A stretch of 62,097 nucleotides of DNA, counting the filler, from Choristocarpus tenellus KU-1152 (Eukaryota; Protista; Phaeophyceae), in assembly GCA_964200185.2 (NCBI GenBank). It is 9 parts of 9 records of this genome, joined end to end, with 100 filler letters (N's around TTAATTAATTAA, not from the genome) between each part and the next. Parts side by side here need not be neighbours in the genome. Positions count along the whole stretch, not along the records: positions 38,777 to 46,277 come from CAXNAD020006061.1; positions 46,378 to 51,163 come from CAXNAD020013062.1; positions 51,264 to 62,097 come from CAXNAD020002683.1; 6 more parts are not named here. One strand, written 5' to 3'. A model generated the notes under the pieces. It saw nothing but the letters and a program-made list of their open reading frames with translations. It searched no databases and was not told where the DNA came from. Both the position numbers and the translations under genes were made by a program. Shown piece after piece: positions 38,846 through 51,329 of this stretch (within the stretch, counting starts at the first letter, position 1; every line of letters begins with the position of its first letter).

Positions 38846-41800
38846 AGAGTGGCTCTGGGGGAATGGATTTTGTTTTTTTCTTGGAAATGAAATGGGACAA
38901 ATTGAACTTGAGCTTGTACATACAGTTGTTATTTGAAAAGTTTGTGAAAAACCACAAGAATGGGCAGTACTATGCATAACAAGTGTAATTGTGTTACTTT
39001 TTCGGAATGACAATGTCTGAGCTTGCCGATCACATGTCCCTCCAAAGATAGCAAGAACACTTCCATCATGAAGGACATCATGAGGTGCTAAAGTGGGCAA
39101 CACCAAAGCCTCATCTGAAACGGTTTTATATGTATCACATAGTTGCAGAGAAAACTTGATAAACCTCATGACAGTCAAGGCACTGTCATCTGTGAAACAT
39201 ACGTTGATATGACATGGTGGAATAGGTGCAATATGGAAATTCTGGAGGGAAGTGTGGGCAGGTAAAAAATTGTAAGAAATGCATGGGACGTCACAATATC
39301 CATGTCTAAGTTAGTGTGGAAGGTCTGGAATAATTCATTGTCCCTTCAACATGAATATGGTTAGAAGATGATTTGAGAGAAGAGAGGCATAGTGCAACAA
39401 CTCATTGGTGAACGATGTTGAAGTAGCAATATGAAGAAGGTTATGGTGTGCACCTAAAGGGAGAACAAATTGAACGTGAAGCATGTTTATTCTGGATATG
39501 CCCAGGAATAAGTTTTGCTTGAGGTGCTAGGGGTACTGATTGGTTATTGATTGTTTGGAAAGTGGTCAACTGGAGGTATGGGGCACAAACATTTGATATG
39601 GTCAAGATAACCTGACGCTGGAGAAGTATTCAGTGGGATTATTTGGAATTTGAAGTATTGAGCGTATGAGCACCATTCAACTTTGCCTTCAATGTTCTGG
39701 AAATATAAATACCATGCTAACATTATAATATATAATATAGGCCATGTAAGAAAATCTATGTTGTTTGATCACATTTTGAATCATGGAGTTTAAGTGTGAT
39801 GTGCATGCAGAAACTTGTCAGAAGCGAAGGTACATGAGTAACAAGGAAAGTGAATGAGGGGGCTTGTAAGCTCCACTCAACAATCCAATGTTGATGTCAT
39901 GAGGAGGCAATGCTGATGTCATTATGGGGAAGCAGACCTTGAGGTACACCTTCTACAGGAAGGTGGCTATCACATCAACATCTAATACAAAATGCTGCAC
40001 ACTTGAGTACATCCATTCACATCAATTTTCACATGATAATGGGATAAATAAAACGTCTGTTATCCCCTTCTGTGACTACATGATGCAGCCCATCCCCAAG
40101 CAAAATTTATGATAAAACATCATCAGTGATGTTGTGTCATAGTATCGTGTATCGCCCTGACTTGCAGTGAAACATCATGAGAATCCACAAACTTCGACAC
40201 GACTTGTTCGTATCAGAAAACAATGTCACTACAGAACTCATGTTGCGTTTGGGACAAAACTTAAAAGCTAATCAAATGAGAAAAATTGCAAAGATCACAT
40301 CCATCCCATCCACACCTTCTCTCTCATAAAATAATTCAACATTTATAAATATATTTCTCACAATGTGGCACATGGGAAGGTGGGATGGGGGGATGGGTTT
40401 TGGGGGACTTTCTCTCCCTTTTTCTCCATTGATGTTGTCTGTTCATCTTAACACTAACAGAGGAGAGGTAGGTTAGAGTTGTGCATTCTAAGGATGACCT
40501 GAGGAAAGGGCAGAAGGACAACGTTTTGCATAATTGTGGAAAAGAATACTGAAATTGTGGTGGGTGACTTTGTGTGTGGAAGGCGGTACATTTGTTTTAG
40601 ACCACATGACCTTTGCGCACTTTCAAAAGCAACGAAATTAGAGCATGCGTTGAGGCAAAGGAATAGAGAGGAGGTGGACAGATTTTTTATAATCTTACGT
40701 ATTCTAAGACATATTTCCTACCCCTGCGCAAAATACACTTAACTCACACAGCCTATATATGCTCAACACTATGTACGCAAAATTGATGTTTTCCCTTTTC
40801 CCACACACAAACAGACAAATCATCACATCAGCAAAAATGTATATCTGCAATTTACAAATGGCACTGTTCTTTCTTTTCCCCCAATCATTCTCAAAATTGC
40901 AACGCTGCCTACCTCTCTGTTCGTTTGAATCATTACACATAGTGTAGAGGAACATCGCTTGGAAAATGCCAAACAGTTCCAAGACCTTCCTATCTCTCCA
41001 TTTCTTTGCTTTGAAGTCATCTTCCCTTTGTACTTTGAAACCCTAGCAAACTCATCATGTTAAAAAACAGAGCTCACTAACACTGAATCATCGACGATGT
41101 GATTACTTTCGCACCACAACACATCTGGCATGTGTCTCCTGAAAACATCCAATCTTCTCAAACAGAATACCTACTTCTTAATACATTTTCTAGATTCAGT
41201 TGTGTATTCCCTGATCTCTTAGGGGATACACCATCTTCATACGGAATCTCTTCCTCTCCCTCTCCAACACTTACGTCAAACGATTCTTGGTTCCATATAT
41301 TTATGACTAACATTCATGACAAAATATTATTTAAATCGTGAACATAACGCCATCTATTTCCTTCCTACACATCCCAACAGGGACTAACTACCACATTTAG
41401 TAACCAGCCATTAGGTGGAATGTGTCATCTGTTCCTTGGCAGTCCCCTGTCAAGAAAAAAATATACATTCAGACGCATATATATTTATAGACGAAGACGA
41501 ATATTTATAAATGACATCGTAGTAGGGGGACACATCATTCAATAAATTGGAACATAATTGTGACACTTCCAAAATATATACATACTTAGATCATCTCCTA
41601 TATGCACGTTTTCATCCCCGTTTCCTTTCCTTTCCTTTTTCCCTTTTTTGGTCATTTCAAAACGGAAAATCGTGCAAGTGGGAATTATACGGCATTTTCA
41701 GGCATTTCTGAACAAGGCAAATCTGAACAGAATTCTTGGTGTTTCGATTTGCCCTCTGTAGTTGTTCGTAGCAATGTATTTGGGACTACAGAGTTATTAC

Positions 41801-42291
41801 CTACAGCACATCTGGTTCAAGATTGACAAAATGGATGAAGAGAATGAGAGAGACTGAATGTCACCGTCCTCAGGTTCATCATCCTCGAGTTTGTCTTGCA
41901 GTTCATTGTCTTCTAGTTCATCGTCTTTCGATTAAGCTACCTTTATGTTGGAGGCAAGATCTAGGACAAACGCAACTAGGATATTGCTCATTGCCATTTT
42001 GACGGACAAGGAGGATGAGGAGGAAGAATGTCCATTATTTCGCAGGTTTTGCATCCCCTGAGACCGCCCCATTTAGAGGTGAACTCGTGAGGGGTTATGC
42101 TGGGTAGAGAGAAAGATCTGAAAAACATCACTTCGGGGGAGGCGCTGGAGAGTTCAGGAGGCGGTTCCGAGTCCCATTTGTTTTCTTTGAAGATTTAGTG
42201 GAGGAGCTGCAAAGACAGGGGTGACTTGGTTGTCGAACCGCAGATGCCACTGGACGCCCTGGTATACCCGTGATGCTGAAGGTGACCATAC

Positions 42292-42641
42292 TGTGCAATA
42301 TAGACTGGTAGTCTATAGGTTTCTTATGTGTTTGGTAGCCAGTAGCATGTAATAAAAATGTTAGCCGAGTGGCTTAATTGTCAATCACTTATCTCTGCAT
42401 TGCCGTAGTAATAGGTTCGAACCTCAACGGGCTGGTTTATCTTTGATAACTGTAAGTGGCTGACGCAGCTATGCCTGACACAGTACGACTGACACAGACA
42501 TGTTCTGACATGTCTGCTGACGTGTACAGTAGGTAATGAGGCATGGAATCCCCCCCCTCGAGGGATGGTGCTCACTCCACTAATTAATTAATTCATACCA
42601 CATTAAGCAAAAAACTCTATTCGAACAGCTCTTTTTGCACA
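42292..42641 (+). mobile_element. Ty1/copia 5' LTR (family 1)
   Basis: TGTGCAA...TTGCACA termini, followed directly by PBS GGTTATGAGCC; reverse-complement homologue at 43407-43788. Confidence 0.9.
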
Positions 42642-42652
42642 GGTTATGAGCC
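42642..42652 (+). promoter_or_regulatory. Primer binding site GGTTATGAGCC (complementary to tRNA-Met anticodon arm)
   Basis: Abuts the LTR 3' CA; same type as the Drosophila copia PBS (GGTTATGGGCC). Confidence 0.8.
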
Positions 42653-42660
42653 TCACAGGT

Positions 42661-43406
42661 ATGGAAGCAGACCCATGTAAGCTGCCACTATGGAGTGGTG
42701 CGCGTGGGGCATACAAGGCAGAAGTGGGAAGAATGGCGGATGGTGTTTGTGAGCTATGCGGGCGGGAAGGGACTGTACTTCATCCTCCAACTGGCATACC
42801 ACATCCCTGTATCTCCTACAGCGTATACATCATTTGGGGACTTGTGGTTCTTACTGGGCCAGGCCATGAAAGGGACTGCAGCAATGGTGATCAGCACCCA
42901 TGAGAACAACGACAGCCCCGACAGGAGGGCAGCCTGGCTCAAGGTGGAGCAGATCTATGGGGGGCACACTGAGGTGCAGTGGCCCATGCAGCTCATAGCT
43001 CTCGAGATGAAGCTGCGGGATATGCACTGCTCATCGGTGGAGGAGCTCCCGACTTCGTCAACCGTCTCAATCACGTCTGGATGGAATACGAGCAGCTGGG
43101 GGCGGCCAAGGAGGACCACGCCAAGAAGGGGACTCTAATCATCGGCATCAGGAACAGCATGCCACAGGTGTTTGCGCAGCTGTCCACAGCACCAGACCTC
43201 ACTTACGACCACCTCAAAACAGCCATCATCTCGTCCTCTTTGTACATGACGATGGAGATCACGGGAGAGACAACCAGGAGCTCAGGGGCTATATGGCGCT
43301 CCACATCGGTCCAGGGATACTGACAGGGAGACAGGGGTCTGGGAGCGGCCTCGGTGAGAACCAATGTGCTTTTTGGCTCTAACACAACCACAGGTGGAAG
43401 GAGTGC
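42661..43406 (+). pseudogene. gag: Copia gag, frameshifted, interrupted at the likely start of the zinc knuckle
   Basis: KWEEWRMVFVSYAGGKGL, AAWLKVEQIYG, FVNRLNHVWMEYEQLG and LTYDHLKTAI spread over three frames, downstream of LTR and PBS. Confidence 0.75.
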
Positions 43407-43788
43407 TGTGCAAAAAGAGCTGTTCGAATAGTGTTTTGCTTTTATGTGGTATGAATGAATTGATTAGCGGAGGGAACGCCATCCCTCGATGGCAGGGGGG
43501 GGTGCCCTGCCTTGTTATCTACTGCGCACATCAGCAGACACGTCAGAACGTGTCTATGTCAGTCGCACTACATCAGTCGTTCCACATCAGTCGTAGCTGT
43601 GTCAGTCGTCCTGCGTCGGCCACTTACAGTAAATAAAGATAAACCAACCTGTCAAGATTCGAACCTATTACTCTCGCCGTGCAGAGACAAGTGATTGACA
43701 ATTAATCCACTCAGTCAACATTTTTTGTTACATACTACTGGCTACCAAACACATAAGAAACCTATACACTACCAGCCTATATTGCACA
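43407..43788 (-). mobile_element. Ty1/copia 3' LTR (family 1) of a reverse-oriented element
   Basis: TG...CA termini; preceded on the minus strand by purine tract ATGGGGGAG (43789-43797) and the end of pol. Confidence 0.9.
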
Positions 43789-43826
43789 CTCCCCCATGAG
43801 AGTGCAGCAAAGTTGCTGACAAAAGC

Positions 43827-46277
43827 TCACCCCCGACGCGAAAGCACGGAATGCACAAAATCAGAAGTAAGGCTCTTGCACAAAGACTTGGTCAAAATGT
43901 CTCCCAGCTGTTTTGATGCTGGAATGTATTCTACGTGGAACAGACCCTGGTCCATGTTTTCTCTGATGCTCTTCAGCTTCATGTCCACGTGCTTCGTTCT
44001 CCCGTTGAAACCTGTGATGCTGCCCGCCTGGATAGCACCACGGTTGTCACAGAACCAGGGAGTCTGGTCCTGCAGCACACCTATCTCCCCCAGAATGCCT
44101 CGAACGAAAATGTAGTGGCGCATGCCGTATGCCGTTGTCATCCACTCTGCCTCCAAGCTGGAGAGGGTAACGGCACCTTGAAGTTTGGAGCACCAGGCGA
44201 TTGGTGATCCGTTGATCAATAAATAGTAGGGGTAGCCTGTGACACTCCTGCATGTTTGGGAGTCAGTGCCCCAGTCGGAATCCCCATACCCCACCAAGAG
44301 CTTTCTGTCCCCTCCGTTCATATCTTTACTCCCCCAACCATAGTGAATACAGGCATCCAGTGTCTCTGCTACGTAGCATAGAACGTGTTGAAGTCCGCGC
44401 CAGTGCCGCATGCATGGAGATGCCGCCCTGCACCCCAGTTCATGAATGCTGTTGGCCAGGTCCGGGCGAGTCATGTCTACTAGAAACATGAGTTGGCCAA
44501 GGATACTGGCGTAGGGGAAGATGGTTGAATTCAGTTCCTCCTCGTTGTCGTGCCTGGCAGAGAGGTCCATGCCGGAGTTGAATGGTGTAGATGTGTCCCA
44601 CACCTCCGTGGAGCCCATCCCGGCCATGACAATGCTTTCCGCGTATAGCTGTTGGTCCAGGGTGATGCTGTCCGCACCCACAGTGATGCCCACCCCAATC
44701 AGTTTGTCCGGCGTGCCAAGGTTCCGCCACTCGTACTTCTCACGCAGCAATGCCCTCATCCTCTGGATCTCCTCCATGAAGTCCCCGGTGGTGGCAGTGT
44801 CGTCCATGTAGGTGGTGAGGATGGCAATGCATCTGTCTTCACTCTTCCTGAAGTAGAGGCACTTGTCGTATTGACTGCTTGTCCACCCTTCTGCCAGGAT
44901 GGTGCTGCGTAGCTCATGATACCATCCCATGGCTGACTGTTTCAGCCCATAGATTGCCTTCTCTGCCTTGGCCGTGCAGCCGTCAGGAAGCTTCAGCCAG
45001 ATGTCCTCCTGCAGGTCTGCGTTGAGGTAGGCCTGTGTGAAGTCCAGGGCATTGATGCCCCAACCTCTGTATGCTGCGACAGACATGACGCCCCGTAGTG
45101 TGTTGTACCCCACCACTGGGCTGAACGTTTCGAAGAAGTTCACACTTGCGTTTTGTGTGAAGTTGCGGGCCATGAGTTGCGCCTTATAGCATTCCATCGT
45201 CCCGTCCACGGAGCGCTTGATTTTGAGGAAAGATCGTGTCTTGATCGCCTTCCTCCCTTGGGGCAGGTCCTTGTCACCAAACGTCCCCTTCTTGCACAGC
45301 CCCGCCATTTCCTTCTACATGGCCTCTTGCCACTGCTCTGCATCCGGCCCCCTCAAGGCCTCCTTTGTTGTAGATGGCTTGTCTGCACCTGTTGACACCA
45401 CTTCCATGAGACCCATAAGGCAGTACACGTTGTCGTTGTTCTGCTGTATGAGGGTTGACACGAAGTGGTTCATGTCCATGTCCTTACTCTCCTCCAGGTC
45501 GTACAGCTGGGATGTGTAGTCCACCCGCTGGCGCTGCTCCAGCTGGTAAGATGCCTGCTGTCCAGAGGTGGTGCCAGGCCCTTGGACGCTATCTCCGCCG
45601 CCCTATCCATGCGCTGGCATTGCCCCATCCTGGGAGAAATCTCTTGACTTAGTGGGGTGCTGAGCGCTTTGCATCTTGAGTGAGCCCCACGCCCAATGTT
45701 TCCGCCCATGTGCCCAGTCGTGTGTGCCTCCCTCCCTGTTGCGAACACCTCCTCTTCACCTTCGCCATTGATGTTCATGGCATCGTCGTGCTTCAACTCC
45801 TCCAGTATGTCCAGCTCTGGCTCCCCCACCAGTTCCAGCAGTTTGGCTTAAGGCTGGAATTTCGCTTGTGTGGAGGTCACCAGCTTACCTTCCTGCGGGA
45901 TCCACACATACCAGCACATTGACGCCCTGTCATGTCTGATGAGGATCCCCCGCTTCGTGTACAGGTGGAATTTGGAGTTGGTGCTCCGCTGTTGTTTGGT
46001 CTGAAGCATGAAGCACTCCATCCCAAACACATGGAGCCGCTTGTAGTTGAACGGCTTGCTGGTCAGGCGCTCACATGGTGTCTCGCCGCCCGGGTACTTG
46101 TGTGGCATGCCTGTGGTCTTGTATGTGGCGTCCGCCACCGCGAAGAACCAGAACTCCTCCCCCAGTCCAGCCTGGATCAGCTGACTGTGCACTGCTTGCA
46201 TCACCTGTTTGATTGCCCACTCAGCAAGTCCCCTGCTCTGGGGCGTGCGCAGGGGGGTCTTGCACCACTTCACACCC
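43827..46277 (-). pseudogene. pol: Copia pol: integrase C-terminal part, reverse transcriptase and RNase H; stops/frameshifts, truncated by gap
   Basis: TPQSRGLAEW (cf. TPQQNGVAER), YKAQLMARNF, ETFSPV, LDFTQAYLN, KAIYGLKQS, YMDD, TRPDLA, YGDSDW, CDNRGAI, RTKHVD, DILTK; the IN-RT-RH order is diagnostic of Copia. Confidence 0.97.
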
Positions 46278-46382
46278 NNNNNNNNNNNNNNNNNNNNNNN
46301 NNNNNNNNNNNNNNNNNNNNNTTAATTAATTAANNNNNNNNNNNNNNNNNNNNNNNNNNNNNNNNNNNNNNNNNNNNCAAAT

Positions 46383-46559
46383 GACCCAAAGTGTCTGGGG
46401 GGGGGGGGGGATCTACACCAGGGTGTCCATTTGACCCCAAAATCAGGAAAAGTGTATTGACATTATCCATCCCATGTATGCAACCAAATCACCCAAAATT
46501 CGCGACATGAAAAAATTGACCCCAAATGGACAGCCGCCACCCCCCAGATACTTTGAGTC
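46383..46559 (+). mobile_element. MITE family B (GACCCAAAGTATCT-polyG TIR), TSD AAAT
   Basis: AAAT|GAC...GTC|AAAT. Confidence 0.9.
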
Positions 46560-47728
46560 AAATATCAGCGAAGCATCAAGAGGCCTGTTGATCCTACTAA
46601 CTCTATTTCTCTTCCTCTTCACAAATACGATGGTTGGGTCAACAAGAAAACAAAACACAAAAACCTGTGTGATACAAAGAATGCTCTTACATAGGCAACA
46701 CAAAACCCGGCAGGGAGTGAGCATGGCGTGGGAAGCCAACCCCACATTGCGCATCAATGCAAAAGTCTTTGATCAGTGTTGAAGCATAACCAAAATCATC
46801 ACACCACCCCAACTAATCGGACCTCTCTTGTTCTATTACTAAAACGAGCATAGGTAGGTGACCTTGCCTTACAACATATGCAACAACAGCCTTCCTGCTC
46901 ATACAGAACCCTTCCCCAATACCGACTTCTTCCTACCTTGTACCTTGCCTAAAAAAGAACGGCGATCACACAGGCAGCCCCCAGTTTGCACTCTCAAAAC
47001 AACTACACTGAAGGTGTCTCAATGTAAAAACATAAAAACTGTGCAGTCAACTACTGGCAGCAAAGGCCCTCAGACACAGCACAAACGAAACCCTATCAAC
47101 TCAAACACACACACACACACTTGGATAAATCAAAAGACGAGTTCATCATTCAGCCTGATGACTCAATCAAGGTTGTTTGTTGCTGGTGGCAAGCAGGCGG
47201 CGAAGGAGGAGAATGACCTCCTTAGCATCCCCTTGTGTTGCGGACTCGATTGCAGGGTCGTTGACCATCTTGTCAATATCCATTCCCATATCCTGGTGTA
47301 AAGTGTTACATGTTGTTGCCAGGCACAAGGTGATTGGGGACGAGGGGACTTCCGTAAGCGTATGGGAGAGTGAAGGTTGGACGCGACAGTTGTAACTTCA
47401 ACTAGTAAAGACACCCTGGGCAGTTCTGACAGATTGACAACATCACATAAAGTAAATCTGCATGAGAAGAACATGCAGTAGGATAGGTAAGACCTCGTGA
47501 GAGGTTCCACACACAATAACAGTTGAATTCTAAACGGCATCAATCGTGACAGTGAAAAAAATCCGAAACAAACTGTAGCTATTTGTATATATAGAGCTAG
47601 AGCTAGAGCTTCATAGCCATGTGATCATTCCTTACTAATCATTGCACCAGCACAATTCGTAGCACTAAATACTTGGGAGCCCTGCCTAGAGCCAGTAAGT
47701 ATGCCCAAACCAGTAAAAACAATTAGTA

Positions 47729-49479
47729 CTACCTCCGTGCCATAGGTCTGTGCTGCATTGTCTGTAATGTTTGAAGACGAGGAAATTCATTTCTGAAAAG
47801 AAGATTTCGAATCCTTGACGAATTTCTGGTTAGGGTCAGCTCTTTTTATTATTTTTACTCCTCATCCATCACAATTTCATCAGCCACAGAAAAAAAGTCT
47901 CCATGTCTACCTTTGGTGTGTTTTCAAGCTCACCAGACAACTGTCTCTTCCTTACCCCTGTGTGCTCCACTCTGAAGTTGTATATAAGTACTTGATTGTA
48001 CACTACAAAAAGCAGCTGCCAGCTCTCTCAACTGTGTTTCATTGTACCCCTCATACTGTTCCTTCATGACCTTCACCATCTCATCATACTCCTCGATGGA
48101 CCCAAACTGCTCTCCCATCACCCGGCATTTCAAAGACCTGCTGAAGAAGCACGGGTCCATGATACTGAGGTTGGGCGAGTCACATGGCTGCGTCACAAGC
48201 CTCATCAACCACCCCCTCGGTCTTCCCTGCGCCTGACAAGATTTCTGAGTTGCCCTTGCCCGTGTGGGGGGTGGCACCATCTTGCCAGACAACAACATGC
48301 TTCCCCTGCAACCAAGGCATCTTGGCCTTGATTGCAGGAGGTAACTCCTTCCTACGTGTACCACTTCCTGTACCACAAATGGCCTAAAGTACGGTCCTGC
48401 TCACACACATCCCCCTTTATATGGTTCTTGCTCTTGTCCTGTCTGCCGTTTTTGGCGCATGCACATATCAAACGCCAAGCTTTCCATCAAAGCTGTGAGC
48501 CGAATCTGGGCGGGCCTCGGCTGAAATGATCATGGTTTGGGGGATACGACTCTTGTGCGGCACAGTAGGGGACCCTGGAAGGTCGCTGCCATCCTCATGC
48601 AGAAATACCCTATCCCTTTCCCCATCAGCCATCACATAAGACCACGTTTCACCCACATGGATCGTGTTCGCCATGGAGGCGTACACACCATGTTTTCTGT
48701 CCACTTGATCGTAAACAAAGTCAAAGTCAGTTTATTCTACATACCTTTTGCCACAATTTAAGCTTTTGGGCTTGGTCCAGCGCCGATTCGGCATGGCCCC
48801 CACATCATCCAACCACCTCTTTATGGTGCTCGTGCTATAATTCAGCCCCTTAGCACCACGGTATCGCCATCTTCATTGTCACCTGACGCACTGTGGATAA
48901 TCGATTATCGGAGTCGATACTATGTATTGCAGCCATCTTGGTCAGTGTGAGCTCTGAAGGCCGCCCACTACATGCCACCCCCCACCCCTAGGTCAAGCGT
49001 GTGACCACGGGTGAGCTGATCGGCAACGTCCTCCCAGGGCCCTTCGCATATAACGCTCAGGCACGACTCCAAACTCTGCTGTGAGGGCCGGCCCAACGTG
49101 TCGCAGCAGTTTATGCTCATTAGGGTTAGGGATCATCACAAGGGCGTGCCACACCGCCAGTTCAACTCTGGTATTCAGGGACACTTACTTGGGCACACCC
49201 TTCCTACGTGGGGGGGTTGTCATGTCAATGTTCTGACCCTCGATGTGCCCAGTTCTGGCTTCAAAATCACCCCAAAAAGACCCCTACTTTGACGGCTTGA
49301 AGCACCTCCAGTTTGTACCTGATGATCCTCGACCCCCCACCTTTTCTGAGATTGTCAGCCCTATTTCATTCTGTGTGGTTATTGTCTGATTTTATCGTTA
49401 TCGTTATCGTCCAATTCGGCACCGTTCTCGCTCGGCGATCAAAGATGTTTCGTGGCTCAAGCTTACGGCAGAGAGGTAG
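47729..49479 (-). mobile_element. Full-length decayed mariner-like transposon, copy 2 (~1.75 kb)
   Basis: TA|CTACCTCCGT Stowaway-like TIR at 47729 and imperfect partner ending GAGGTAG at 49479; colinear with copy 1; first catalytic D mutated (HVGETW). Confidence 0.9.
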
Positions 49480-51263
49480 AGTACTAAAATATTAAATAGA
49501 CGACAAAAAAAAATGTCTTTTTTTTTTTTTTTCACATTTATCACGGTCGTTACTTTTTCAGGGGGTTGGTTCGGATAATTTAAATGACTTTTCCCACCAC
49601 ACATTGGCAAAATGTCACAGATATTAATTCACTGTGGTGGAGTAAACAAAAAAAAGAAAATTATCTGAGATCTATTCGTTTACTCATTCACTCACCAAAA
49701 CACTGCCACTGCTCATATCATCTTGATATACTGTTCCATCATCCACATGTTTTTTTTTCCCCCACACTTTCACAACGCAATTTCTATCTTTATGCATATA
49801 CATTTTAAATGTATTCTTTTGAAGCTATACATATATACCTTACTTCGTCATACCACCTGACTGAAGAAAAAGAAACAAAACCTGTACCAGAACACCTTTA
49901 CACTGCAACAAAAAAACCCTAAAAAAAAAAATTGTCAATACAATACACCGCCCTCACCTTGTACATCTTCCGAAGAGCCACCACCTCCCCTTCCGGAACA
50001 TTTCCGGAGTCAACCATCTGGAGTGAAGCAAAGATACAAAGGTGTTTGATATTCCATTCCGACAGGGCAACAGGGGGTACAGGAGATCCAATAGACACTA
50101 GAAAAAAAAGAAAAAGATGGTTCAGATACAATTTAAAAAGGCAACATAGGTACATTAACAATAATACCCGATTTATGCAACATTTCTGCAGGGGGAGGCT
50201 GTTGGAGGATAACACCAATCTTGACAACTGTCAGGTAAATTTTTTATATACTGACACAGTTCCCATCACAAACCAACAAACTCTACTAGTGAGGAGGACA
50301 CTCTACTGAATGCAGGATATTGCCTCAGAAAAAAGAAAAGAGAATCGCCAGAACTATTAAAACTCACACACACAGATTCAATAAATTAGGATGGTGTTAT
50401 ATGGTCTAAATTGCCGACAATGTAAAATCAAAACACTACTACTGTCCAGATGTAGGGTTCTCTCACTCGATGCCCTCCCAAACTAAAACTCCTCCACTGC
50501 CAACCAAATTGTGATGTCTCTATATTATTTTATTTTCATTTTTCCGAGAGCATCTCAAGGAACGCCATCCCACTTCTGCATCCCACAGTCAAAAAACATC
50601 AGAACACCAACTTCATTGTATATATACCCCATTTGGTCATACTAAGTCAACAAGAGACAATCAATACTCTCCCCCCCCAACTAACAAAGTACTCCCTGGC
50701 CTACAACCGAGTCAATAGAGAAAACCAGCAACAGCAGAAAAACTACTATTTTCTTGTTTTATTTATTGATAGGTTAGATTTCACTCAGCTAATTTTTAGA
50801 CGTGAGTGCACCCCTTGTGACCTACATCCACCCTGCCCAGACACTTCCCTACCTTGGAATCCAACCTCCTCACCTGAGGAGAAAAGCAACACTCCTTTTT
50901 CACATATTAATAAAACCCTATCTTGTCACATAAATCAGCAGTTGTTAACCCTAACCCTTAAGCACTTCACCTTGTCTTCTCCCGTTCAACCCAAAATATT
51001 TTCTGTTATATCACTTATCAATAATGTACCCCCCTTTGTCACATACCAATCCTCATCTCACCTTCTTCAGCTCTGCAACATCCTTCATCTGATCCTCCAG
51101 GCTCATCCCCCCCATCCCAGGCATTGCAGGCATACCCCCCATCCCAGGCATTGCAGGCATCCCNNNNNNNNNNNNNNNNNNNNNNNNNNNNNNNNNNNNN
51201 NNNNNNNTTAATTAATTAANNNNNNNNNNNNNNNNNNNNNNNNNNNNNNNNNNNNNNNNNNNN

Positions 51264-51329
51264 CAATTCAACACAATAATCTCATATACACAAATTGAGG
51301 TACACCTCACTATTGTCCTATTTTGCACA
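51264..51329 (-). mobile_element. 5' end of family-2 LTR, truncated by gap
   Basis: Matches ~7470-7525 (GGTACACCTCACTAyTGTCCTATTTkGCACA). Confidence 0.7.

Noticed and set aside
38850-41450. Possible decayed DNA-transposon ORF (CACTA/Plavaka-like)
   Set aside because: No diagnostic motif or termini identified by eye.
42355-42435. Functional tRNA gene
   Set aside because: A/B boxes are present, but acceptor and T stems do not pair convincingly.
42292-43788. DIRS-like or TIR element suggested by inverted repeats
   Set aside because: PBS, PPT and Copia pol show these are two ordinary LTRs in opposite orientation.
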